Part shown: one piece after another, positions 1 through 12,272 of the stretch
Layout: every line of letters begins with the position of its first letter
Numbering within the stretch: the first letter of the stretch is position 1
Assembly: GCA_000388065.2 (NCBI GenBank)
Contig: KB932209.1
Source of the DNA: Fonticula alba ATCC 38817
Lineage: Eukaryota > Protista > Nucleariida
Length of the DNA stretch: 64,000 nt
Strand: one strand, 5' to 3'
Made by a program: the position numbers and the translations under genes
The notes under the pieces: model-generated
What the model was told of the DNA's origin: nothing
Seen by the model: only the letters and a program-made list of their open reading frames with translations
Databases searched by the model: none

Positions 1-47
1 CCGGGTGTCTTGCTTGCCTGCCCCTACGCTGGGCCCCCGTGTTGTCC

Positions 48-83
<36 letters not shown>

Positions 84-129
84 CGCCTCGCCACCCGATG
101 TTCGTCGCCGTGCTTGAGGGGTGACGTAC

Positions 130-776
130 GTTTGGGCAATCCGATCGCGCGCGACTCCCAGCAGATGCAAGCTACTGATGGTGCTTCGGACGAGGGCCTC
201 CTCATCGCGGTTTTGGGGCGACAACAGTGACCCGAAGGAGGGAGCCTCCAGGATGGTCTGAATGCGCTGCCCCTTCTGCAGGGCATCGCCAATGCGTGCC
301 TCGGCCTCGGGGAGATGCTGTGCAAAGAGGGCATCCACAAGCTGGGGCAAGGGCTGTCAGGGGGCGAGGCCAAGCGCTAGGGCCGGGAGACACAGGAAAC
401 TGCCCTGCCTCTTGGTGCTGGTGGAAAAAAAAATTAATATTATCTCGGGACCCGAGCGAACCTTATCCAACTGGCGCTTGCGTTGTCCAGTCGATGCATG
501 CAGACTCGCATGGATGCGATCCGCCTCCGCCGGGCTGAGCCAGGGTGCAGGCAGGGGGATTTCCCCGGGCAGAGCGAATCCCGGCAGTGCCGGGACCAAG
601 CCAGGTCCAGGGTCAGTACACCGACTCGCGGCAAGCTGGTTGACAAGTCCCGCGGCGGTGGGCGCATCAGCACCTCCGGCGCGAGCCTCACCAAGTAGCC
701 CATCCACCATGGCACAGGTGGTCGGGTCGGCCGCAGCGTCGGGCGCCGTGGGGCGCGTCGTGCCGGAGTGGAGCAT
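130..776 (-). CDS. Hypothetical protein, 5' part; at least 2 exons, gene continues beyond the window start
   Basis: ATG at 776 opens MLHSGTT...QRKRQLDK. A GT donor (~459) and CTGACAG acceptor (~354) give an in-frame phase-0 join to PLPQLVDALFAQHLPEAEARIGDALQKG...RIAQ, which ends at a GTACGT donor at 129. No family recognised. Confidence 0.55.
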
Positions 777-1582
777 CTTGGAGCTTCTCAGGGGGGGGGG
801 GGGGGGGGGGGCAGAGCAGACTTGGGAACAGCTGTGTAGGTGTCTGGGCAGAAGGTGGAAAAGGACCAAAGGAGGCGAGAGAGAAGGAGGAAGAGAGAGA
901 GAGGGAGAGAGGAAGGTTGTGCCATTGGCCGGCCCTCCCTTCGGATCCTCGACAAGTGGCGGAGCCCAAAAGATGGCCGCAAATCGGCTTGATCGGCGCT
1001 AGATCGCGCCACACCCGGCATCCCCGGAGCCGGCCGAAGCCCTGTGCCCGATCACCGACGTGAGAGGCTGAAGGGCCTCTGCCAGTTTTCTCGTCCCCCC
1101 CTCTCGCTGGAGCCCGCGGAAGGGGCGCATCTGTCATTCATGACTTCAGAATGGCAGCTGACAGCGCACCGTCTAGAATCAGAACCAGAGCAATCTGGAT
1201 CTCGTGAAAATAACATTCTAGAAGCGACCCGTGATTGGCCATGCCCCGCCGTTCTTCCATCCCTCACCTCCGTCTCTCAAGGACCCTGTTGCCTGCTCGT
1301 GCGGCGCCCTGTGTCCCCTCGGTCAGTGCCAGGCTGCGGAGGGCCATGCAAGGCATCTCCGTCTCACCCCCCCTGCCGGGGGGGGGGAGAGGGAAGGTAT
1401 CCATCTGTCTTTGGGGGGGGGCGCTGATGGGCCTTTGGCCCTGCTGCTTGGCATGGTCATGTAGGGCGCCCGGGTGCATGCGTGTGTGTGATTCTCTCTC
1501 TTTCTCTTTCTCTCTCCGGCTGTGTGTGTGCTCGTGGGCCTGGTACACGCTTGCCCATCCGCACGCCATCGTGGAGGGGGCG

Positions 1583-1619
<37 letters not shown>

Positions 1620-2712
1620 GGGTGCACGCACGGCAGTAAGCACCTCCGGGAAGGCGATATACTCGGCCTCTGATGTGATGAGGCCCGGCCTCACATAGTG
1701 CAGAGGCTCCTTGCTGGGCGCGCGGGGGGCCGTCTCCGGGGAGACCGGCGACTGTGGAGACCGCTCGGGTCGGGTCGGCGGCGGCGGTGCCGTCGCCTCC
1801 CCCCGACCGGGGGGGGGCATCGGCCTGGTTGGGGAGGGACTCTAGGGCCTCTCGGAGGGGGGGTGGTGGTTCTGGGGCCGGACGTGTGCTTCAGCCCGCG
1901 GGTCTGCCTGGCCACCGGGCTGTTGGTCCCCCTCCTTGCTCGCCCAGACCGGTGCACGCGCCAACATACACACACTAAAGGCGTGCTCGGCCGGGATCCG
2001 GGGCCCGGAGCGCCCCGGCGGATCAACCATCCTCTCTCCCCTCCGCCGCCGCCGCCGCCGCCCCCCTCCCCCCCTCCCGCCTTGTTTCGCTTCGCCTCGC
2101 CCTCGCCCTCCCCTCCTGCTCCTGCAAATACTCTTGCTCTCTTCCTCGCTGGCGACACCGGTCTCGCGCGCGCTCGGCTATCTCCGCCTCCGTTCTCCTC
2201 CCCTTATCTTCTGCAGGCACCGCTGCCACATCCTCTCCCGCTTCTCTCCTCCTCCCCTCCCTCATCCCCGTCTTCGATATCTCCTTCTCCAGGCGGTAGT
2301 GTGCGCGTTTGTCCTTGGCCTTCCCCTCTGCCTCCCGGTTCGCCGCCCCCCCCCCCCCCCGGACACTCACACCTGTCTCCTGCACGCCACCATCTCGCTT
2401 AGTGTGCCGAACGAGGGGGCACCCCAGCACGTGTCCCTCTTCGCCGCGCCTCCCCTCCGCCGCTTTCTCGCTTGCTCCTCCGCCTGCATCGGTATCTGTG
2501 AACGGTTCGTCTGCTTGGGCGCATGCCTTCCTATGTGTATATGAGCATGTCCTCCTCCGAAGATTGGATCTCCCCCCCCTCCCCTCCCGCTGACTCTGCT
2601 TGCCTCTTTGTTGCTCGTGTCTCCAGGCGCTCCTGGGCCTATGGCCTTCTTTTGCCGGCCACAAAAGTAGGGTAGTTGACTGGCATCGCTTTCTCCCTCC
2701 CGGGTGCCGCGA

Positions 2713-5700
2713 ATGCTCCGCCACTCGATCTTTCTCTCGCGCGGCATCAGCCGGCCGAGTCATCCCGGTGGAGGTTTGCTCCTCCGGGCTCTCTCGACAC
2801 AGGCCTTCCCCACCGACAATGGCACAGCGGACTCGCCATCATCTGACGGCCACGCGATCGGCCGCGACCATGAGCATGGGCCCGGCCCTTCCCAGGACTC
2901 GCAGGCGGCCTCCTCCTCCTCCTCCTCCTCTTCTTCTTCCCGGCGCGCTTCAAACGACTACGAGTCCGTCTACATTCGGCACTATGACCACTGGATACGG
3001 TCCAACGAAACGCAGTTTGTCCCCCCGCGGGATGTCCACTACCAGGAGTACCCGGTGTCGAGCAGCGTCCCGGGGTTCTCCGTGGTGGCCGAGGCCCCTG
3101 GCACCGAGGGGGTTTTCTCCCCCGAGGAGACCCAAATGCCGGAGATGCACCGGCTGCAAATCGAGGAGCATGACACCTACATCCTGGCCCTGACCCCGGA
3201 GCAGATCGTGGAGCCCCATCTGTCGGTGGCGCAGCTCCGGCGGTCCCTCCTCCGGCAGGACGGATCGCTTTTCATTCCGCCGGCTGGGCTGACCCCGGCC
3301 GAGGCCGAGGCCCTGGTCGACTCTCCCACCGCCCCGGCAGCCGAGCTCCTGGATCGCGAGGCCATTGATCAGGAAAACATCTTCTACCGGTTTTCCCGCA
3401 AGGGCGACGATCTGTTCAATGTCCGGCCGAGCTTCACCACCATCGGCCGGCTGCTGACCGAGAAGCATGTGCCTGCCGGCGAGGGCAAGGTGTCCTCCTG
3501 GTTCGGCCAGCCAGCATTGGAGGAGGCCCTGGAGCAGCATCGGCTGAATGCCCCCCTGCGCGAGCTGGTCAATGCCTGTCCTCAGTGCGGCCTCCACCCG
3601 GCCACGCAGTCTTGCTACCGGAACAGCCTGCCAGCGGTCCTGACGCCGGATTCCTCGGACCAGCGCCCGACTTTGGGGTCCATCATGCCGACGGTCGACT
3701 CGCCAGCGTGGATGCACGCCGGAGGGACCCTCTCGGTGGCCAAGACCCTGGGCCACCACACTACCCTCTCGACGCACGAGATGACCGGCCAGAAGCTCCT
3801 GCTGATTTCGGTGCTCCAGGGCGCCGAGCAGGCTCGAGCCGACTCCATCTACAGCAGCGGCTTCGATCGCCTCCCCTCCAGCATGATGGCCTATGTGCGG
3901 GAGGCCTTTGAGCGATCGCCCACCGGGCGGAATTTGGCCTCCTGGGCCGAGCGCCTGCTCGGGCCTTCCGATGCCTTGATGGCTACGATGGCCACCGCGA
4001 CCGCGGCCCCGGCCGATTCCCTCTCCACGCCGGACACCGGTGGACGCGCAGGTGCTCCGCCGCCGGCCTCTGGTGCCTCGTCCCGGAGAGAGTCCCCTGC
4101 CGGGTCTTCCGGACCGGCTGCCAAATTGACGGACCAGCTTCTGGGCATCCATGATTTGGGCCTGGCCCATTCCGGGGCCCGGGATCTGCATCCCACCTGG
4201 TCGGACCTCGAGCACCGGCGTCTGGCCGAGAACATCCTCCTGCTGGACTCCCCCTCGCCGAATATCACGCAGCGAACGCTCTCTTCGACGGCCCGGCGCC
4301 AGAGCGGCCTGGCTGGCAAGGGGCTTTGCACCCACTGTGGCCAGCACTCCTCGGCCATGCCCTGTCCGGATTTGCTGCTTTCCCATGGCATGGTCTTCTT
4401 GCACAATACGGCCCTCACGCCGGAGGAAGTTCGTCGGCGGTTGCTGATCGACACCCGGGAGACTGATCGCCTCGGGGTGACGCACGTCATGTCGTGGCTC
4501 TTCTCGGCCCGGGGTTACATGGCCGGATCGAAGCCGGATCTCCTGCCGCGAGCCACGTCGAGCTCGACCCCGCCGCCGCCCTGCCCCGGGTATGGCATGT
4601 GCCTGGCATGTGGTGAGCACCCGGCGCATGAGCCCTGTCCCCGGCTATTGCAGCTGGGCGTGGCATATGTGGCCGACACGGCCATGGCCTCGGACGAGTA
4701 TTTCGGCATGGTGGCACGCGGGGTGTGTCCGTCATGTGGTGGCGCGGCTCATGACCCGGTTCCCGGGTGGGATACCATCGAGGCCGAGGCCTTCCGGATG
4801 GCCACCAAGAAGCCGGATTCCTATGTGTCGCGGAACTTCCTCCGGCAGCCGGGGACCTTCTTCACGAGCTGGGCTCGCGGCGGGGTGGCCGTCTGCCCGG
4901 CGGCCTGGGACCGGCGCAACCGCATTGTCCGAGCGCATGTCTGGATGCAGGAGTCCATCCTGTCGGCGGTTTTGCCCGTGGTCCATCCGATTTTGGCGCC
5001 GGTGGTGTCCCGGTACATGCCGGCCCGGGAGCAGTGGTTCTATCCCCTGACGGCCGACGATCCGGCCAGCAGCTGGGAGACCAACTTCCGCGTGGATGAG
5101 TCGGTCCTGGTGGCCACGCGCCTCGGCCTGCACGGGGACCACTCTTCGTTGGAGGCCTTCCGGACCATGTTCGGCCCGGGGTCCCCACGCACGGCCACCT
5201 CCTCCCTTTGGCCGCAATGGCATCCGACCGAGGACATTTTGAGCCTGGTCCGGGAGGCCGGCCAGGCAGCGGTCAAGGCCCGTGGGCCGTTGGGCTGGCC
5301 GCATCCTCGTGTGCCCCCCATGCACTTGGCCCCGGAGACCATTCAGCGCATTCAGCAGGAGCAATTGCCGCCGCTGCTGGTGCAGGCGGCCCAGGCCGCG
5401 GTCAAGGTCCTGCCCCCGCATCGGGTGGTCCTGCAGCGGGTCCTGTCTCCGAGCATGCAATCGGTGTGCAATTACCAGCGGGACTTGCGCCGGTGGGCGC
5501 GGGCCGATCTCCTCCGGGCGTTGGATCGCTTTGCCCTGCGCTTCCTGTCCAGCCATGCGGCCCAGACGGCCATCGACTTGTGGAACTCGGTGAACTTTGT
5601 CCTGCCGCAGGTCCGTGGTCTGACCACTCGGTCATTGACGCTTCCCTCCTCGCAGGTGTCCTCCTATCCCGGGGATTACACTCCGCCGGAGTTGGAGGTG

Positions 5701-6210
5701 CAGGATACCTCGCTGGACTACATCTCCCGGGTGCAGGATCTGGAGCCGATCAACCATTGGCCCAGCCCGCTGCCGGAGGCTTTGGGCACGGCCCCGGCCA
5801 AGCCGGTCATCCTGGCCGACTCTTTCCTGGTTGAGGAAGACCCCCGGTATGGGATTTACATGCAAATGGTTCCGCCCAACAATCTGGACGGCCCGCGGCC
5901 CCCGCAGACCAGCCTCAAGTCGCCGATGTTCTTCCTCCGGCCGGAGGTGAGCTATGACACGGCCTTCAGCACCCCGCCGGCCGGCACCCTGGATGCCATG
6001 ATCGAGTTGCACCGGATGCTGTGCCCGGTGTGTGGTTTGCACCCGCGCACCATCCAGTGCCCGTTGCCCAACCCGACGGCCCATGCGCTGCCGCCCTTCG
6101 TCGAGCCGCATCTGGCCCCCTGGCTGTCGGACATCGCCAACCCCGGGCACTTGGGCACCAACCCGCATGTGTCCCGCTGTGGTGGTGTCTATGATGTCGA
6201 CCACCTGTGA
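2713..6210 (+). CDS. Intronless ~1165-aa orphan protein with a putative mitochondrial presequence and repeated C-x2-C-G-x-H-x5-C zinc-finger-like motifs
   Basis: Uninterrupted 3.5-kb ORF (first ATG 2713, TGA 6208-6210). The N-terminus MLRHSIFLSRGISRPSHPGGGLLLRALSTQ is Arg/Ser/Leu-rich with no acidic residues. Cys/His motifs start at 3577, 4327, 4600, 4726 and 6022. Confidence 0.85.
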   Translation: MLRHSIFLSRGISRPSHPGGGLLLRALSTQAFPTDNGTADSPSSDGHAIGRDHEHGPGPSQDSQAASSSSSSSSSSRRASNDYESVYIRHYDHWIRSNETQFVPPRDVHYQEYPVSSSVPGFSVVAEAPGTEGVFSPEETQMPEMHRLQIEEHDTYILALTPEQIVEPHLSVAQLRRSLLRQDGSLFIPPAGLTPAEAEALVDSPTAPAAELLDREAIDQENIFYRFSRKGDDLFNVRPSFTTIGRLLTEKHVPAGEGKVSSWFGQPALEEALEQHRLNAPLRELVNACPQCGLHPATQSCYRNSLPAVLTPDSSDQRPTLGSIMPTVDSPAWMHAGGTLSVAKTLGHHTTLSTHEMTGQKLLLISVLQGAEQARADSIYSSGFDRLPSSMMAYVREAFERSPTGRNLASWAERLLGPSDALMATMATATAAPADSLSTPDTGGRAGAPPPASGASSRRESPAGSSGPAAKLTDQLLGIHDLGLAHSGARDLHPTWSDLEHRRLAENILLLDSPSPNITQRTLSSTARRQSGLAGKGLCTHCGQHSSAMPCPDLLLSHGMVFLHNTALTPEEVRRRLLIDTRETDRLGVTHVMSWLFSARGYMAGSKPDLLPRATSSSTPPPPCPGYGMCLACGEHPAHEPCPRLLQLGVAYVADTAMASDEYFGMVARGVCPSCGGAAHDPVPGWDTIEAEAFRMATKKPDSYVSRNFLRQPGTFFTSWARGGVAVCPAAWDRRNRIVRAHVWMQESILSAVLPVVHPILAPVVSRYMPAREQWFYPLTADDPASSWETNFRVDESVLVATRLGLHGDHSSLEAFRTMFGPGSPRTATSSLWPQWHPTEDILSLVREAGQAAVKARGPLGWPHPRVPPMHLAPETIQRIQQEQLPPLLVQAAQAAVKVLPPHRVVLQRVLSPSMQSVCNYQRDLRRWARADLLRALDRFALRFLSSHAAQTAIDLWNSVNFVLPQVRGLTTRSLTLPSSQVSSYPGDYTPPELEVQDTSLDYISRVQDLEPINHWPSPLPEALGTAPAKPVILADSFLVEEDPRYGIYMQMVPPNNLDGPRPPQTSLKSPMFFLRPEVSYDTAFSTPPAGTLDAMIELHRMLCPVCGLHPRTIQCPLPNPTAHALPPFVEPHLAPWLSDIANPGHLGTNPHVSRCGGVYDVDHL

Positions 6211-6832
6211 GGAGGGGGTCCATCGACTGCCGGCGCCCTGCCTGCGGGGGCCCCCCCCCCCCCCCCCCCCCCCCTCCCCCTCCCCCCCCCCCCCCCCCCC
6301 GTATGCTGATGTGTACTTCTTCATGGTCTGTCTGTGCTAGACCAGCTGAGCATGAGGGGCCCAGCTTCTCCGGGGGGGTCGGCGGCCGGAGTGAGGGAGG
6401 CGTCGGGAGAAACATACGAGGGCATTGTCACGCACAACGTGAGCTGGCACATGGGCATGCCTTCGTGTCGGCCTTCTCCGCCGCTTTTGCTCAGGGCTCC
6501 CAAGAATGGCACGCCCCGTTGCTCCTCTCCTCCTCCTCCTCCTCATACGATAGATTCTTCCTCTTGTCCGAAGGTGGTGTCGATCCACTTCTTCGGTCAA
6601 CCCTCGCCAAGTGCACGCGCGCATGTGTGCGTGCGATGCGCCTCCTACCATCTTTTCCTCTCCTCTCCCTCCTGCCGCACCTTCAGTCAACACTGCTTTG
6701 CCCTTGCCCTTGTGATATCCTCTCCAATATTACCTAGATCTTCCAGATGCGCGCTTTTTTGCCCCCTTGCGGTGGTTTCCGTCGGCCGCCGGCCTTTCCC
6801 TCTTCCTCCTCCTCCTCCTGTTGCATGGGCCG

Positions 6833-6835
<3 letters not shown>

Positions 6836-6870
<35 letters not shown>
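6836..6870. repeat. (GT)n microsatellite, representative of many (CA)n/(CT)n/(GA)n tracts in introns and UTRs
   Basis: Directly visible. Other tracts lie at ~8543-8570, 26426-26461, 48174-48198, 51815-51846 and 54648-54672. Confidence 0.9.
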
Positions 6871-6872
<2 letters not shown>

Positions 6873-7607
6873 TCGCGTGCTCCCTTCCCTGGGATCCTGG
6901 CTGCCGCGCAGTATGTGAGGCAAGGTGTGGCCTTTTGTCTTGGCTTTGTGTCCGGGTGTTTGGCCAAGTCAAGGCACGTAGGGAGGTGGAGATGGAGACA
7001 GGAGAGGTCCGGAGGGACACACGCCACACCCGTGAGACAGGCTGCACACGTCCCCCCACATTCCATTCCCTTTCCATCGAATGGCTTGACCCGGGAATGA
7101 GTCCCGCTGCACTCCTCTGCCTGGTCTCTGCGCTCGTCCTCTCCGCATCGATTAATATATGTATGCATGCATGCATGTTTGTGCTCTCCATTTGACTCTC
7201 TCTCTCTCTCTCTCCCCCTCCCCTGCCACTGCCCCACCACTGATGTCCGCCTTTTGCTCAAGATAGAAGGGATGCACCCATCGGAAGGATATATTTCCCT
7301 TTTCGGATTTGGACATGCGTGTGCACATGCACGGAGAGGCGAGTATACGAGGGCAACATCGCAAAGCAAACAGGCAAGCAGCAAAATCGCGGATACCGCA
7401 GCGCGCGCACGTCTCCCTCCTGTCGCCTCATCCATCCGTTCTCCCTCCCCCGCCTGCCTCTTTCTTTGGGAGGACCGTACAACATGTCCCCCCCTCTAGG
7501 GGGAGAGGAACAGGCGAAGGAGAGGCTCAGGGGACGGAGCAGGCGGAAGGCGGGGTGGGCGGGTGGGCGATGGAGAGGAAAAGGGTGACAATACAAGACA
7601 AGGGCAT

Positions 7608-8539
7608 TTACATGTCGGAGGGGCGGCTCGAGTTCCGGCTGACGTTCTTGGGCTCGGCCTTCTTAATCTCGATGCCCTGTATATGGGGATGTGGCGAAGA
7701 AGCCCGGCGGACCAACCAACCAACCAAGGCGCCACACGCACACAGTAAGAGAGCCCCCCACATGTACACGAGCATTTGGGAGTCGAAGTCCAGGGCGCGC
7801 CCGGCATGTTGTCGAAAGCGTGAGTGGGGGCAGTGGGCCAGCCCTGATCGGGGGTGGTCGAGCAAAACAACACTCAGCGAAAAGATCCCCCCACAATCAC
7901 GACCATCGGAAAGGACCATCGCGCTGGCATCCGCTCACGGGCACCACACCAGCCTCTCTTTCCCTTTTTTTCGGTCTTTCTCTTGCCCCCTTTCCCCTGA
8001 TCGCTTTGGTCGTCCCCCCTTGGCTGACGATCGCACTGACCCCGCTGTCCTGCTTTTCAGGGGGGCGGTTCTCTTCTCAGGTGGCACATGTGTCTGGATA
8101 CGGACCTTCTTCCCGTCGATGTCCTGGAAGGAACGGGCGCAGGCCCGCTCGGCGGCCTCCTCATCGACGAAAACCACGAAGCCGAAGCCACGAGGCCGGC
8201 CGGTGGCTCGGTCATACATTAGGACCGCCTGCTCGACTGGGCCGAATTGCTCGAAGTGGCGACGCAGGCTGGCATCCGTCGTGCGACTTCCCAAGCCGCC
8301 GACGAAGATCTTGCGCACTCCGAGGTTCGTGACCGTCGGCGGGGTGTACTCCTTCGGGATGGCCAGCTTCGGGTCGACCTTTGGTCGATTCGGCAAGCGC
8401 GGATCCAAGCAAAGGGCGGTGATGTGTGTGTGTGTGTGTTTGTGCGGGGTGTGAGAAGGGGGCATGCCCGGGAAGATGGCACTCCACAGGAAGGTGCAAA
8501 TTGAGAGCGCCCAGGCGCCTACGGTCCCGCCTTCCCCAG

Positions 8540-8574
<35 letters not shown>

Positions 8575-11500
8575 CCCCCTCGCCCTCCTGCAGCTGGCCA
8601 TTTGGCCCGGATGGTGTCTCACTTCTGAGCATGAGCATCGCATCTCCTTGGAGAGCCCAGATGTGCGTGGACGCGGCAGTGTGTGCATGCACCCATACAT
8701 GCACATGCCCACTTGCCAGCGCGTGTGTGTGAATGTGGATGCCTGTGCGTGCGCGTGCGGCCGCCGGCGTACCTCCTTGCCATTGATAATGTGCGGCCCG
8801 TGGGACAGCATGACGTGCGCATCGGCCTCCTCGCGGAAAGTGACAAAGCCAAAGCCACGCGACCGCTGGGACTCGGGGTCCTTCATGACCACACTGTCGA
8901 TGAGCTCCCCGAAGCGTGAGAAGTAGCAGTGCAGATCGTCTTCGACAGAGAGTAGCAGGGCAGGGGAGTCAGGGTACAGACACCAGGGGGCGCGGGCGCG
9001 GAGAGGCAGCGCGAGGGGTCATCGAAAGCATGAAGTCCCATCCCCCCCCCCTTGGGAAGGTGTGCTATGCACGCGCTCTCATCAGGAAGGCCGAACACAA
9101 GGTGTCGGCCGGAGGGAGGGCGCAAAAACCACGGGCCCACCGCGGAAAGGCGCCAAAGGGCACGCACCCTTGCTTGTATCCCAGCTCAGCCCGCCGACGA
9201 AGATTTTCCCCGGATGCGAGGGCGCTTGGCCGCTGCTGTTGGGCGGCGCCGGATTGGCGCTTGACGGCGGAACCGGGAACCCCGGGCCCGAGGCGCCGGC
9301 TGCCGACTGTCGGAAGGGTCCATTGCCCTTGCGCAGGCCGGCATCAAGTCCGGAAGTTGCGGCCAAAGTAGCCGCCGGCATAGCCAGCGAACTGGGGGCC
9401 ATGCCCGGGGGCATGACGCCGGCGGCAGGGCCCGCCACCGCCGGCGGGAAGTAGGCCGCCCCGAGGAAGGCCCCTCCAGCGGCCAGCACCATGGGGTCCG
9501 TGTGGTAGTAGGCCGCCGGGGCGCCTGGGCCGGCGGCCAGGTGCAGGCCCATGGACGAGTTCAGCACCGGGATGAATTGGATGCCCGGCGGGAAGCCGGC
9601 GGTGGCGGCTGCTTGCGGATGCAACACCATCGGCGGGGGGTGGCCGCCGACAGCCAGAGCCGCGGCCGTGGTGGGGACCGCGGGTGCGGCATCGACGGAC
9701 GTCTTGCCGCCCGGGCGAACGCCGCTCGGGGTCGCCTGGACCGCGATTTCGCGTGGCCCGGCGCCCGGACCGCCGTTGCCAGGCCCAGCACCACCACCAC
9801 CACCGCCGCCGCCGCCGCCGCCGCCACTGCTGCCAGCAGGCAAGACCACCTGCAGGATGCGCTGACCGCTGGATGGCTGTGTCACGACCGTGACCGACCC
9901 CGGCACCGGGGTCGCCGTGGGGCCTGCCAGGCCCGAGGCCTTGCGCATGGCCGCCGGGACCGGCGGGCTGGGTGGCCGGAAAACGCGACGCCGAGCGGCC
10001 GGCGTCGACGCCTCGGCCGTCACTTCGGCCCCCTCGCCGGTGGCGCGGTGCCCCGCCCCCGGGGCTGGTGCCGCCAGCGCCGACCCCTCGGCCGCCGGCA
10101 GGTCGTTCTCCGAGGAAGAGGAAGAGGCGGTCAAGGCCAGCTCGATGGTTTCCTGGCTGCTGGCGGCCCGGAGGCGCTGTGGCGCAGGGTCGCCGGCCGG
10201 GGCGGCCGCCGGGGCTGGCCCCAGGCCGGGGCTGGGGCTGGGACTATGCGACAGGCGGATGTTCAGCGTGTCCAGAGATTGGCTGCTGCCGTGGGGGGAA
10301 GTGGCCGACCCGAGGCCATCGGTGTCCAGGTCGACATGGCGATCATCCCGGCCATCGTGCTCGTCAGCATCCTGCTGGTGGCCGCCGGGGCTGGCCGAGC
10401 CGCCATGTGGCAGGAGGTGCAACGCGCGGCGGTCGGTCATGCTGGCCATGGAGTTGTATCGGCGGATGGCCAGCAGCCGGGTGGAGGAATTGGCCCCAGG
10501 GCCAGTGGCGTGGGTGGGCAGCGTGTCGGATGCCAGGGCCATGGTTGCGGCCTCGTTGGCCATGTCCTCGGGCAGAGCCCCCGGCGTGGGCGAGGAGGAG
10601 GCAGCGGTTCCCCCGACGCCGGCGAAGCCGCCGGTCGAGCTTTGGGGCGACCGGCGCCAGGATGACCCCGCGACGGGAGGCAGCGTGGCCGCGGCATGGG
10701 CCCCTGTGGCCGACACCGTGCGGCCAGCCGTCTGGGCGGCGAAGGGCTCCGGCGACCAGGAAGGCCCACTGCGCATCGGCGACATGCGCCCCCCGCCGAT
10801 CAGCGTCTGTGAGAGGCTCCAATTGAGCCCGGCCCCACTGCCGGCAGCGGTGCTGCCCCCAGCCAGGGAGGGAGAGCAGGAGGATGCTGCGACAGTGGCG
10901 CCAGGTGCAGCGATAGATGAAGCAGTAGCCGAAATGGCGGCGGCGGCGGCGGCGGCGGCGGCAGCGGCGGCAGCCGCAGCCACCCCCGGCAGCGGTGGCA
11001 GGTTCGTCGAGTGGGGGTATGCCAGGAAGGGTGACGAGGCGGCCGAGCTGGCTGCCACGGCATCGGCCCATGACCCCTCCGCCGGGGGGGCAGCAAGTGC
11101 TGTGCAGATGCCGGTGGCCGGTGCACTGGCCCCCGGGGGGAAGCCCCCGGTCCGGTGCGGCGGCCTCGGCTGCTCATACCCCAGGGCGCTGTCGGTGGCT
11201 GTGGCGCCGCTTTCGCCAGGCAGCAGGATGTCCCCGCCGAAAGGGCGAGCGGCATCAGCCGAGTCGCCGGGGCGCGGGCCCACCGGCGACGGGCAAGTCA
11301 GACTGGTGTGAGCCGGCAGCGGGCAGCTGTGGATCAGCTCCGACATGATCTGGGTGATGTGCCGACCGCCATAGAGCCCGACGGGGCGCTCCTCCGGCGA
11401 GGCATCGCCCTTCTATTGGATGCCAAACAGCGGCGGCCGGCCCGAGGAGGTGCCATGGAAGGGTTCCCCGCCCCCCCCCCCACGAACGCAGGGTGACCGT

Positions 11501-12233
11501 CGATAGCATGGATGGTGTGTCCGGTAGTCAGCATTGGGGACTCGCCTGCCAGAGCCCCTGGGACACACAGCATGTCGGCACCCTGGGCGGGCCGGCCCAT
11601 GCGCCACAAAGGGCAACACCAAAGGGCAGGACACGGGAGCAAGAAAGGGAAGAAGGAAAAGCCCGACTCCCTCGCCAAAAGCCCGGCCCGGGGGGGGGGG
11701 GGGGGCGTGTCATGCAGCGGCGTACCTGGGTGGCGGCGTCGGCCGCCGGGCACCAGCGCCCGCCCGGGGCCCGGACATATTCGGTGCCGTCGGCATCAGC
11801 GGGCAGGTCCTCGCTCAGGGTCAGAGTCCAGATGTTGCTACCTGGCGAGCCGGAATCACTGTCAGCCGATGCCGAGGCCAGCAGCGCCTGGCTGGATTCC
11901 GGCGTGGGGCTGGTCGCGCAGGCGCGCGGGAGGCCCATCCCGCCAGGCGGGGTCTGGCCATCCGCGACAGCGGCCGCCAGCATCCCCGGTGTCGAGGTCC
12001 CCTCGGCCAGGTGGCCGGGCGTGCCGTAGGTCAAAATGTCCAGCGCATGCTTTCCTTGGAGGATGCCGGGCGAGCGCATCGGGCACCAGGCCAATCCTCC
12101 GGCCGGGCCGGCGAACCCCTCGCCGAGGCCCGCGGATTCGACGCGCGCCGTGGCCACCGCCCTCGACGACGAGAAGCAGGCGACGGGCGAGTCGCCGAGC
12201 GGAGCTGGGCGTGCGCGGGGAGTCCCCTCGTCT

Positions 12234-12272
<39 letters not shown>

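Noticed and set aside
2713-6210. Orphan ORF as a retrotransposon gag/pol or DNA transposase
   Set aside because: The finger spacing differs from the gag knuckle. No YxDD RT, DDE integrase/transposase or protease motif is visible, and there are no LTRs or TIRs. The N-terminus looks like a mitochondrial presequence.
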